Shown: one piece after another, positions 23,539 through 36,490 of the stretch
Layout of the letters: each line of letters opens with the position of its first letter
Numbering within the stretch: position 1 is the first letter of the stretch
Assembly: GCF_006345805.1 (NCBI RefSeq)
Contig: NC_043004.1
Coordinates: 5,270,001 to 5,334,000, forward strand
Length of the DNA stretch: 64,000 bases
DNA from: Octopus sinensis
Taxonomy: Eukaryota
Reading direction: 5' to 3'
Position numbers and translations under genes: made by a program
The notes under the pieces: model-generated
The model's database searches: none
Seen by the model: only the letters and a program-made list of their open reading frames with translations
What the model was told of the DNA's origin: nothing

Positions 23539-25086
23539 ATGCCACACTTCTTTCAGTTATTAGGAATATATTTTAATGAAATGAAAATAAATTTTGCATA
23601 AAGTTGTAAAATTCTGTACCCGAGTTTAGAAAACTAATCTTTGAACTTTGTATTTTATCCTTGAATTTAATTGCTATATGCATGTGTGTGTTGGTTGGGA
23701 TGTATTTTTTTTTAAATGCTTAAATTTTATTCTCTATCTTGTAACTTCCCCCTGCATTATATTAGCCTTTTTTCATGTTCTGCCATATCTTGTCTCCTCT
23801 ACAATGAAGGACTTTGTTATTTTTGTTTTTTAATTTTTTTTACTCTCATCAGCTGCTCTATTTTGTAAAAGTTTTTGGAAGGAAAATAGACTTCAGTGTG
23901 TTGATTTGCTATGAAAATTTAACTGTTTCAAACATTTGTCCTTCTTTGGAGAGAGAGAGAGTTGGGGGAGAATGAGGCTTTAATACTCTGGTGGCAAAAT
24001 TGTGAATGAAAGGAAGACGTGAAGAAATGAACGAAAAATGTTGTGAGTCTATGTTGTGTTTGTGTGTGTGTGTGTGGGGGGGAGGTGCAGTTATGTTTGA
24101 AACATGATGAAGTTATGAGACTTGTTACAGAAATTGCTTGCAGGTTAGTCAGAAACCACTGAAGCTTGTCACATTGGGACAGACCAAAGACATAAAAAAA
24201 AAGAAAGAAAAAACTAAAAAAACCCCCCAAAACAAAGTAAACAAATAAACCAAGGTTTTTTATTCTTTTACTTGTTTCAATCACTTGACTGCAGCCATGC
24301 TGGAGCACTGTCTTTAGTCGAACAAATCAACCCCAGGACTTATTCTTTGTAAGCCTAGTACTTATTCTATCAGTCTCTTTTGCCGAACTGCTAAGTTATG
24401 GTAAACATACCTACATTGGTTGCCAAGTGATGATGGTAGGAACAGACGCACAAGCATACACATACACACATATACACACGACGACGAGCTGCTTTCAGTT
24501 TCTGTCTACCAAATCCACTCACAAGGCTTTGGTTGGCCTGAGTCTATAGTAGAATACATCTGCCCAAGGTGTCACGCAGTGGGATTGAACCTGGAACCAT
24601 GTGGTTGGCAAGCAAGCTACTTATCACACAGCCACTCCTGGAAAGTTATAGAACATTTGTCCAAATTGTTTAAAATGAAAAGACTGAAGCCATATTGGAG
24701 CAATGCCTTGAGGAATTTTTAGTTGAATGAATTGACTCCAATATTTATTTTTTAAACCTGGTACTTATTCTATTGACCTCTTTTGAACCATTAAGTTATG
24801 GGGACATAAACACACCAACACCAGTTGTCAAGTGGTGGTGGAGGACAAAGACACACACATACATATACAGACGATGAGTTTTTTTCAGTTTCCATCTACT
24901 AAATCCATTCATAGGATGTGATCAGCTTGAGGCTAAAATAGAAGACACTTGCCCAAGGTGCCATGCAGTGGCACTGAACATAGAACCATGAGGTTGTGAA
25001 GCAAGCTTCTTACCACGCAGCCATGTATATATTTTTTATGATTCTGTCTAGCCAATTACTAATAAATAAAATTAGACAGAGCTTAC

Positions 25087-28000
25087 TAATCATGAATAGT
25101 CTTATACCATCTATAATTAAGAGCTATAGATCCTGCTGAGGTTTAGCTTGAAAAAGGGGTGAAAAGTAAACTCCAATATTGAGAACAGTTTGGGAGGCAG
25201 TCTGAAAGCCAGACTATGTGAGCTGAAGTATATAATGAGGGGCAAGGATTGTCAAAAGTTTGTAGCAAGAGCCACATTCTTTGAAGTGGAGGGGTTAAGG
25301 GCCAAACCAAATGAGTTAAAAGACAAGGGAGGAAGGGCAAAGCAAAAGAACATCTACACAACATCATCATCATCACTATTCGGCTGTTTAGCATTCAGCT
25401 TATTTTGTCAAATGTAATGCTTATTTATTCAAATTGTTTTGAATTAATTATGCATTATCTTGTAGCTGTGAGATTTTGATGTTGTCATTGTTTATTTTTA
25501 GAATGACATAGTAGCGTAGTTGTAAGAATCTGGATTAGGTCCGTTTTAATATAAAACAGCTAGAATATTTGGGCTAGATATGGTTGGTTTAAATCCTGAA
25601 GTGTTAGTGTTTGTTTTACCTGCTGGCATGAGTTGGGTGATTTGACAGGAGCAGGCACACCAGAGGACTGCATTAAACTCCACTGTCTACTTTGGCATGG
25701 TTTCTATGGCTGGATGCCCTTCTTAATATCAACCACTTTACAATATTACTGGCGTCGAGCTGGCAGAAACGTTAGCACACTGGGCGAAATGCTTAGCGGT
25801 ATTTCGCCTGTCTTTATGTTCTGAGTTCAAATTCCGCTGAGGTTGACTTTGCCTTTCATCCATTTGGGGTTGATAAATTAAGTACCAGTTGCATACTGGG
25901 GTCAGTCTAATTGACTGCCCTGCCTCCCCCCAAATTTCAGTCCTTGTGCCTTGAGTAAAAAGAATATGTACTGGGTATGTTTTTTGTGGCATCAACACCA
26001 GTGAGATAGTCAAATAGCTCTCAAGACAAGATCCCTCAACTGAGGTGGGGAGTAGTATTGAGAGAAGTGGCTTTATGCTAATATGATGAGAGGTTAAAGT
26101 ATGAGAGAAGGACGGGAATAGGTGTCTTGCTGCTGAGGGGATCAGGGTCTTCCTGACTACAGCAAGATGCCAGATGTCTTGGACCTCAGTATCTTCTTTG
26201 TAAAGCTCAGTGTCTTGAGGTCGGCCTTCAGTATTTTGTTTGGTACTTCATCCAGTAGTTACTCCAGTTGGAAAGAAGAGAGGAGAAAGCTGAGAGAGAG
26301 GTATTGGATGGAGTACTGAAGGTTGATATCAAGACGTTGAGTCTTACAAGGGAGATGACTAAGGTTCGAGACATCTGGTGCCTTACTGTACTCAAGGGGA
26401 CCCATCTGCCATGGCAGAACTGATACCAGTGCTGGTGTCACATAAAAAGCACTGGTGCAGGTGTCACATAAAAAGCACTGGTGCAGGTGCCTCATAAACA
26501 GCACTGGTGTTGGTGTCACATAAAAAGCACTGGTGCAGTGTCACATAAACAGCACTGGTGTTGGTGTCACATAAAAAGCACTGGTGCTAGTGTCACATAA
26601 AAAGCACTGGTGCTGGTGTCGCAAAAAGCACTGGTGATGATGTCACTTAAAAAAACACCCTGTAAAGTGGTTGGCATTAGGAAGGGCATCCAACAATAGA
26701 AACCATATCAAAACAGACAACGGAACCTGGTGCGGCCCCTGGCCATACCAGTTCCAGTCAAACAGTCCAACCCATGCCAGCATAGAAAACTGACATACAT
26801 AGAAAACATATGTAAATACATACATACATTCATTCAAATGGAAGAAGTTGGGGTGGGAAAAGAAATGAGTTAGCAATAGGAATGAAAGAATAATAGAATA
26901 TGAGGAATATAAAGAAATTTAAGGTGTGATGAAAAACTGTCTGAACAATGAGGTATAAAGAGGTAGTAGTCTATTGGTGAGGAGTGGTGGTTGGGGAACT
27001 AGGAGCTGAACTAATGGAAATAGGGCAAAAAAGGCAGTACACTTACCTAAAGTACTTCACACATGATAGGCATGGCTATAGCTGTGTGGTGAAGAAACTT
27101 GCTTTGTAAACCATGTGGTTTCAGGTTCTGTCCTACTGTGTGACACTCTGGGCCAAGTGTTTCTGCTATAGCCCTGGGTCAACCATAGTCTTGTGAGTGG
27201 ATTTGCTAAATTGAAAATCTGTGGAAACCCATTGTATATATGTGTGTGCATGTGTAAATGTGATTGGCAAAAGAGACTGATTGAATAAGTACTAGGCTTA
27301 CAAAGAATAAGTACTGTGATCGATTTGTTTGACCAAAGGCGGTGCTCCAGCATGGCTGCAGTCAAATGAGTGAAACAAGTAAAAGAATAAAAGAATAATT
27401 ATATTAGAAAGAGAGAATGAACAGGCAAGACATGTAATTAGTTAAGAGCATGTAATTTATAATTCAAACATAATTGCAGAGTTGTTAGAGTAAATAAGGG
27501 TGTAAGTAGTTGTGCATAAAGCTTTACAGCCGTTTCAAGAATATCTGTCCATATGGGACATATCTCATTGGGCAAAGATTTCCATATTAAAGCCTTCAGA
27601 GAGGAAGCTCTTAAGAATGTCTTTAATAAAGGATATTAATAGTTACCAGTTCCACATATACATAACACAGTGCAAATAAATGCAGGACAAAAGCATGTAA
27701 AATAGAATAATGTACCTGACCTAATCCATCCCTTCCATTGATAATTGCCCCACCTACCCCACTCCACCCCTCCACTTATACTATCTCTTCTCCCCTATGA
27801 TAACAAATACCAGTCTGTTTCAGGGTTGCTAATTTACAGCTGAATGGCATGGAGCAAAGTGAAATGAGGTGTTTTGTTCAAGAACACAAACTGCCACCCA
27901 GCCTAAGAATCGAAACTTCAACCTTAATCGTGAATTGAACACCCTAACCACTAAGTAGCCCCCATGTGCTTTCACAATTTAAAACTAGCATCCTTAAAAT

Positions 28001-31000
28001 CAATATTAAAGAAAATAAATCTAGCAAAGAAAAAAAAAGTAACAAAAGATAATAACTGTACAAATAGTGATCAGGCGTTTTGCAATCTAAAAACAATTTT
28101 CTTACCTGAACTCAGCTTCCACTGGAGTCTTGAAATTTCTTCCCCGAAAGAAATTTTCTCTCGGTTAAGAACTGAGTGCACTAAAGGAATTTGAAGGAAA
28201 ATAAAACATTACCAGTATTAATTATTATTAAAATTACTATTATTATTACTATTAGTAGTAATCTGTTTTCTTGTAATCCTTCTATTTAAGACAATATAAA
28301 ATATGATTTCAAATTTTGGCACCTAGCCAGCAGTTTTGGAGTACGGGGCAAGTCGAACACATAGATCTCAGTGCTCAACTGGTACTTATGTTACTGGCCC
28401 TGGAAGGATGAAAAATGTCAAAATTAACCTCGGAATGTGAACTCGAAACATAAAAAAAATGGATGAAATGCTGCTAAGCATTTTCTCTGGTGCATAATGA
28501 TATCCTGACAGCTTACCACATCATCACCATCATCGTTTAACATCCGTTTTCCATGCTAGCATGGGTTGGACGGTTCGACTGGGGTCTGGGAAGCCAGGAG
28601 GCTGTGCCAGGCTCCAGTCTGATCTGGCAGTGTTTCTACAGCTGGATGCCCTTCCTAACGCCAACCACTCCATGAGGAGGCTGGCAAACGACCACGATCG
28701 GTTGGTGCTTTTTACGTGTCACCGTCATGGACGCCAGTCAGGCAGCACTAATAATAATAATAATAATAATCCTTTCTACTAGAGGCACAAGACCTAAAAT
28801 TTGTAGGGAGAGGCTATGCCGATTACATCAACCCTAGTACTTGACTGGTACTTAATTTATCGACCTTGAATTGATGAAAGGCAAGCATTTTGCCTGGCAT
28901 GCTAATGATTCTGCCAGCTCACTGACTTAATAATAATAATATTAATAAAAATCATAATAATAATAATAAGAAGAAGAAGAAGAAGAAGACACCTGATGGA
29001 AGTTATTCATCCAAGTGGTCTAAACTGAAAAATCATTAATTTGCCCATTACAGGAGTTAATAATCCAGAAAATTATAATCTTGATATTTGTATAGCTAAT
29101 TTATATTATTTATATTGTCTGTTGTTAATTACAATACAATATTTTAAAGAAAAATAGTGTTACAAATTAGAAATGAAACAAAAGATTGTCTATTACGAAT
29201 ATAAATTATTGACATGAAAGGGAACCATCCAGATTTATCTCCCTTCAACCAGTAGCGTTTTCTTTTTTATTTCTATCCGTTAGTTTTAATTTGAAAGTCT
29301 ATTTTAGTTTCGTTTTTTGATGTTTAGCCCTAGGTTAGTCCTCCTTGAGCTCTATGATCCAAGGCGTTCCAGTAACAGCCCTCTATTTTTCAGACATAAT
29401 CTACATAGGTCTGGATTATTCAATGCATTCTCTTTTTTCTGCTTTTTTTTCTCCGGAGTGCAGTGCATTTAGAATATATTTGTTGATTTAATATAAAATT
29501 ATTACTGTCCCCACTTGTAGCTCAATATATTGATTTCAAATTCTGGCACAAGGCCAGAGGTTTCCGGGGAGCGGTAAATCGATTACACCGACCCCATTGC
29601 TCTACTGGTATTTATTCTATCAACCCGGAAAGGATAAAAGGCAAAGTCAACCTCGGCAGAATTTGAACTCAGAACATGAAGACAAACGGATCTTTTCGCT
29701 TTGACCGGCAGATTTTAAAAATAATTTCTTTGTAACTAAACACTTTTAAACTTCGTATACTGGTAGAATGTGTTTATAAAACATCTTTTTCTCTTGGCTT
29801 TCTTGATATAAACACACTCTACCAGTATACGAAGTTAAAAATTTTTTAGTTACATGGAAATTATTTTAAAAAGATCCAGACAAACAAAATGCCTTTTAAG
29901 CGTTTTTACTTGGCATGCAAATGATTCTATCGGCCCACTATAGTTCAAGAAATTCAGTGTATTCACAACAGTCTATCTCATTTCCTTTTACTGTTTATTT
30001 ACTCTTCTCTTTTATTAAGATTTATGTCACTTCAAACAATAAAAAGTTTCTTATCCAACTGTATGACCGTCCTTTTATCGCTTTTACCCACTCAGTGCTC
30101 TACTTCTGATTGAAACTGCCCTTCGCTCAGCCTTGTAGTACCGTCTATAACTCTCTTGTTTGCACAAGTAATCAAAGTTGTTGATGTTTCTGACTCATAT
30201 CTACTTGCTGTAGTCTAACAGTGCTGCTTATGATAAGGTCTTGTTAACTGCTGTCACTTTAAGATGCCCTTCAGATCATTTATCATTTCCAGTGTCTCCC
30301 TCTCTCTCTCTCCTCCACTTTGAATTACATTCCATAGAACATCAGGGTTAAGGTTATGGTTCACAAACTATAAGTTATCATCGTCATCATCATCTCAATT
30401 GATGTGTGTTTTCCATGCTGGTTTAGGTTGGACAGTTCGGTCTGGTGAGCCAGAGGACTGCTTTAAGCACTTGTATGCTTTAGCATAGTTTCTCCTACTG
30501 AATGTCCTTCCTAATGCCAACCACTTTACAGAGTGTACCGGACACTTTTTATGTGGCACCAGCACCTGTGAGGTCACCAAATAGCTTGCAAGACAAAGAT
30601 TTCTTAACTGACAGGGGGAGTGGTATTGGAGCAGATGGCTTTGTGCCAGGTGATGAGAGGTTAGAATATAAAGGGACAAAAACCAGTGTCTTGCTGTAGA
30701 GAAGTACATGGGTAACCCAACTGGAGGGAGAGCGAGAGAGGGAATGAAATTTGTGGTGACATGCTAGGATATTACGCCCTCAAGGTACAAGGAGGTAAAT
30801 GTAAAAAGAATGGTGATAGAGGATTGGAAGAGCAAGTGAGAAGGGGCTGCAATGAGACAATGAGATTGCAAAGGGGAAGAGGGGAGAGAAAGGGGATATA
30901 AGCTCCATTAATCAGTTCCAATTCCTATTTGCAGCTTTATCATGTCCCTTATAAATAACGTCACTGAGAAAAGGATGGCTATGTGATTCAGAAGTTTGCA

Positions 31001-33164
31001 TGGCTAGAGTATTACATTGATATGATGTACATTTACTGTAATTTTTGTTACCTTTACAATCTTAATTGTCATTATTTTCATTGTCATGAAGGCAGTGAAC
31101 TGGCAGAATCGTTAGCATACCAGGTGATATGCTTAGCGTTCCGCTGAGGTTGACTTTGCCTTTCATTCTTTCAGGGTTGATAAATTAAGTATGAGTTGCA
31201 TACCGGGGTCAATCTAATCAACTGCCCTCCTCTCCCCAAATTTCGGGCCTTGTGCCTAGAGTGGAAAAGAATTGTGAACACGCTAGATGAAATGCTTAGC
31301 AGTATTTTGCCTGTCGTTCCATTCTGAGTTCAAATTCTGCCAAGGTTGACTTTGTCCTTCATCCTTTCGAGGTTGATAAAAATAAGTACCTGTTGAAAAC
31401 TGGGGGTGATGTAATTGAGTCATCTCCTCCTCCAAAATTGCTGCCCATGTGGCAAAATTTGGAACCATTATTTTCATTATCATGATCATCAAGATTATTA
31501 TCCTTATGACTAGAAGGTGTCATCACCCACATCTCATAGCTTTTGTTTTAAATGTCTAATTTTCTGATGGTGACCAAATGGTTGATGTATTTGAAAACTG
31601 GGCCCACAAGTGAAACTTTAATAATCTTTGTCATCCCACCACTGTCTGTTATTTTTATTTTTTGCTTGTTTCAGTCATTGGACTGTGATCATACTGGGGC
31701 ACCACCTTGAAGACTTTAGTCAAACAAATCAGCCCTCTCTCCAGTTCTTATTTTGTTAATCTCCATTGCCAAACTGCTAAGTTACTGGGCCTTAAACCAA
31801 CCAAGACCAGTTGTCAAGCGATGGTGGGGACAAACTCAAATACACACACATGTCAAGCTTCCATACAGTTTCCATCTATTAAATCTATTTCAGGCCCAAG
31901 GTGCCATACAGTGGATCTGAACCTGAAACCATGGTGATGCAAAGTGAATTTCTTAACCTCTTAACATATTTATACAGTTCTGTATTTAAGAGATGAGGAA
32001 TTATTTACATTATTTACATTCGACGGATATTTGTCCTCGTCTTGTTTGTTGTTAACACAATATTTCAGCTGATATACCCTCTAACCTTCTTCAGATGTCT
32101 TGGGGAAATAATAATAATAACATCGAAAAATACCTTAGGAATGAGAACCCAGGTTTGAAATTTCCCTAAGACACCTAAAGAAGGCTGGTGGGGGGTGTAT
32201 CAGCCGAAATGTTGTGTTAACAACAAACAAGATGAGGACAAATATCCGTTGAATGTAAATAATGCTCTTAACATATTATCTCGTATATTTTCGTTCAGAG
32301 ATGTCTATTTGAACGACAATAAACATTCACTGTACTCTGAGGTATCTGTCACTTATTTCTAATCCAAAATACTTTACTCTTTTACTCTTGTACTTGTTTC
32401 AGTCATTTGACTGTGGCCATGCTGGGGCACCGTATTTTAGTTGAGCAAATCAACCCCTGGACTTATTCTTTGTATGCCTAGCACTTACTCTATTGGTCTC
32501 ATTTGCCAAACTGATTTGTTACAGGGACATAAACACACCAACATCAGTTGTCAAACGATGGCGGAGGTGACAAACAGACACACACACACACACATGGGCG
32601 TACATATATATGATGGTCTTCCTTCAGTTTCTGTCTACAAAATCCACTCACAAGGCTTTGGTTGGCCCGAGGCTATAGTAGAAGACACTTGTCCAAGGTG
32701 CCATGCAGTGGGATTGAACCCAGAACCATGTAGTTGGACAGCAAGCTTCTTACCACACAGCCACTCCTGCGCCTTATATACAGATTCAAAATAAATGATG
32801 AGAAAATATGGTATCTTTTGCATGGACATTGAAAAAAAAATGTGTATGATAAGAGGTTAACCACACAGCCAGGCATGCAGCTAAATTGTTATTGTAACAA
32901 TTGGTGATTAGTTCGTTATCTTTATTTCTCACTGTCTGTCTGCGTTAAATAGTTAAAACCTGAAAAACAACTTTCTTACATTCCTTCATCCATCTGCCAC
33001 AAAAACCACACATTTTCTTCATGTCTTCTCACTTTTTCGTCAGCTTCAGCTATTCTCTTTCTTTCTCATTCTCTCTCTCTTTTTCTTGTGCTCTCTCTCT
33101 CTCTCTCTCTCTTCTTTCTCTCTCTCTTGTTCTCTCTCTCTCTTGTTTTCTCTCTCTCTCTCTG

Positions 33165-33216
<52 letters not shown>

Positions 33217-34929
33217 TTCTCTCTCTCTCTTGTTTTCCCTCTCTCTCTCTTGTTTTCTCTCTCTCTTGATCTCTCTCTCTCTCTTGTTTTCTCTCTCTCT
33301 CCCTCCCTCCTGTTCTCTCTCTCTTGTTCTTTCTCTCTCTTCGTCTCTCTCTCTCTCCCTCTTTCTTTCCCCTTACACCTTTGCACTATAAGCATATTTG
33401 ACAATCACTAATATTTCCTTTAAACTCACTGGCAACTACTTTAACCAATTTCCATCTCTTGTGATATCTACATGCACCTAAGACTGCAAGAAGCACTCAA
33501 TTCACCTTCTTTCCTCCTATCAATTTCTTTGGGTCTCTCACGTCCCAGATCTCACACCAAACACTTTGCTTTGTCCTTCTTCAAGTGAACCACACCTCTC
33601 TTCCTCATGCTCGTTTTCTTACCATTGTTAATGTGCAGCAATACAAACACCAGTATTTAAACCTGTGAACCAATGAAGGAAGTGCTATGCAGTTACTTTA
33701 ATTGCCAGAAATAGCAGCCAAATCTCTTAGATAAGGAAGGACACACCGAATAATGTATTTCTGCATACAGTATTGCTTACAAAATAGATGGGATAGTCAT
33801 GGCTTCAGTACCCTTGATCTGAGATCTACTCAACCAGACCTGACTTGGAACAAAATAATTAGTATGTTACCAAACATTAATTAAACCTCACCTGTTTATC
33901 CCTATCTTTGAAGAACTAAAAATGAATTTGGAATATCTTTGAATTGCAGCCATGCTGAGTGAGGCACTGCTGCCTTGACAGCTTTAGTCAGACAAATCAA
34001 TGCCGAATACTTATTTTTTTAAAGTCTCTTTTACTCTTTTACCCTGTTACTTGTTTCAGTCATTTGACTTCGGCCATGCTGGAGCACCGCCAAGCTCTAG
34101 TTGGAGACTGGGTTACTGCAGTTGGAAGCAGTTACACTAAGAGACTGAGTTATTTTCAGATTAAAAAACCTAATTTGAATTCAGTCTGAATTCTTGCATC
34201 AGTGTGGAATTTATAACTTGTTCCAATTGGATTGTGGCCATGCTGGGGCACTACTTTTTGAAGGGTTTAGTCAAACAAATCATCCCCTGTACCTGGTACT
34301 TATTCAGTTGGTTCCTTTTGCTGAACTGCAAAGTTATGAAGGTATAAAGAGACCAACACTGGTTGTCAAGCAGTGTGAAGGGAAAACATAAATACAAACA
34401 CACGGATGCATGTGATGGGCTTCCACTCAGTTTCCATCTACCAAGTCCTCCCACAAGGCTTTGGTCAGCCTGAGGCTGTAGTAAAAGACACTTGCCCAAG
34501 GTGCCCCACTAGGACTGAACCACACAGCCATATCTGCATCCATGGGTATTGTCCTATAAGTAGAGTGTTTTAACTGACTGTACCACTGTTTTGATTTCTT
34601 ACATTGGCACAAGGCCACAAATTCGTAGGAGATGGGTATAGTTGTATTACTTGACTGCCACTTATTTAATTGATCTCAGACGGATGTTCTAAGTTTAAAT
34701 ACTGGAAAGTATATAATAATGTTAATTACATTAAAAGTTAATGTGAAAATCTTTTCAAAAGCTCAACTCATTTACTGCAGAAAGCAGAAATATCACACCA
34801 AATTTATGTACCAACCTGTCTTTTTGGTGAGGAATGTTATGTTTAAAACTATTTTCTGTTGAGATATGTCGAGTTTACTGAGGCAATGTGACTTGCAGAA
34901 AGTACCAGTTCTATTTTTCGGTAGCATTA
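25087..34929 (-). CDS. Candidate exon chain of a minus-strand gene: 34929-34816, 32959-32933, 28180-28106, 25110-25087 (all phase 1-1)
   Basis: Best supported is 28180-28106 (TTCCTTTAG acceptor, CAG/GTAAGA donor, single open frame HSVLNREKISFGEEISRLQWKLSS). The others have canonical sites but were chosen partly for phase fit. Protein not recognised. Confidence 0.35.
26426..26659 (+). repeat. About 26-bp VNTR (about 9 units, GCACTGGTGCTGGTGTCACATAAAAA-like) inside an RTE 3'UTR copy
   Basis: Tandem units directly visible, running into the CTGTAAAGTGGTTGGCATTAGGAAGGGCATCC RTE tail. Confidence 0.9.
29688..29877. mobile_element. Hairpin MITE with GGATCTTTT termini and 8-bp TSD (Merlin- or hAT-like), nested in a family A SINE
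   Basis: GGATCTTTT...AAAAGATCC ends; AGACAAAC at 29680-29687 and 29878-29885; about 65-bp inverted arms (29713-29778, 29807-29871). Confidence 0.85.
31968..32270. mobile_element. Penelope-like foldback, second copy of the 14 kb family
   Basis: Inverted arms about 31968-32110 and 32155-32270, each carrying a decayed CTGAAGA...GAAA motif. Confidence 0.75.
33052..33368. repeat. About 310-bp polypyrimidine (CT)n tract with recurring TTGTTTT interruptions
   Basis: Directly visible; source of the S/L-rich and R/E-rich ORFs in the track. Confidence 0.95.
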
Positions 34930-36069
34930 CTGGAATAACCATGAAATTTAATTTCACATTGAAAAGGTTAAAGAATGTCTTAAAAAACAAATATTAAATT
35001 CTAACTTCTATTTTTATGCAAATTTTTGTGACAGTGAGATCCAATGTTTTTATATTCCTATTGAAATATATTTAAAATATTTCGAAGTGATTAAAAAAAA
35101 AAAAGAAAAGAATATTGAGTGGGAGAGAAAGAGGACAAAATTCTTTGCTTTTAACTAAACAATCATGTTTGTAAAAAAAATTTTGTGTGAAAACAATTCT
35201 AACCTAATTGAAACAAATGGTTTCCTGTTTGAATCTGGTGACATTCTTTCATTATAAAATCTGTTGTATGAGAAAGCATTGGCTGACATCTCACATTGTT
35301 TTAAGCTAAACTGGAGAGAATTTTCTTCTCATATAACAACAGCTCTGTGTTGGCCTTAACAACTAAGTTATGTATTTACTTTCCATGCTATACTATAAAT
35401 AGTGAGGCAATGGCTACTTTTACATGTCTGAAAATAAAAGTTTTCCCTTTATTCATCATTATTCTCGTCATTATCGTCATCACCACTTTTTCTATGATGG
35501 CCTCCCTATATAGAAACATAAAGGAGAACGCATTCTTGATATGTGCTTTTTCAGTTGTCATCGTTATCATTAGTGGTACCACTGATGACAATTTACTAAT
35601 TATTAGTGTTGAAGCATGAGCATTATATCATTGAATAAGAATGTTATTTGATGGCTTGGAAGGTGCACAAGCATAATATACTCACAAATCTCAGCAGCAC
35701 ATATTCAGGAAAAATGGTTTTGTGCGTGTGTTAATGCTTGTAATGGGTTATGAGAGGCCCTATTTTGGCAAACAGAATCCCGGGTGATTTTTTATTTTTG
35801 AGGCATGACTTTAGTAAAAAAAAACAAAAGTATGACTTACATGCCATCAAATATGGCGTATGATTTTCATGGTGTTTATTTATTTATTTCAGTAACATTT
35901 GTGATGCAAAGGAAACAGTTTTGGTTGGGAATTGAAAATGAATTTTGGACGGTATTCATCTAGAATTTAGCTCTAAATTACATTACAGCATTAATCATTT
36001 TAACAGAAAAAATAAATAAGTAAATGAGTGGAAATTGAATTGATGAGTGTGTTAAATAATAAGGCACTA

Positions 36070-36490
36070 AAAGAGAACAACTCTTCCCAGACACAATAAA
36101 ATATGCTTCAACACATAAATTCACCAATGCTAGAACGGGACGACACTGCATAGTGCCAAAGATCCCAGCAATGCCATCACGCTTCAGGACCAGCTTCTGC
36201 AACAGCCTGGGTTTCATGGGCCCACAGCTTTTTAATATTCTCCCAAAGAGTCTGAGGAACTTGCACAAAGTAGATGTAGCGGTTTTTAAATCAAAACTGG
36301 ACATCTTCCTGTCGAGAGTCCCAGATGAACCTACCTCATGGCAAGAGGTGCAAATGAGAGTAGCTATATCAAACTCCATTCTTCACCAAGTGCCACACAT
36401 TAGAAGAGGTTCTTCGCAATAACAGTGTAGCACAAAACGGTGGTGCATCAGCATGGCCACAGCTCTGAGCTGAAACTAGAGAAAAAAAAA
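36070..36490 (+). mobile_element. CR1/L2-group LINE 3' end with 3'UTR and A-tail
   Basis: RTGRHCIVPKIP...GPQLFNILPKSLRNL...FKSKLDIFLSRVPDEP; tail GGTGGTGCATCAGCATGGCCACAG...CTGAAAC then poly-A. Confidence 0.8.

Noticed and set aside
32977-33066. Protein-like minus frame ERKRIAEADEKVRRHEENVWFLWQMDEGM
   Set aside because: Bounded by stops, with a purine-only upstream tract giving no acceptor; composition is explained by the adjacent GA repeat.
33021-33411. Track ORFs rich in S/L or R/E (also the TH, YI, CV and D runs at 20906, 46266, 50013, 57146 and others)
   Set aside because: They are translations of microsatellites.
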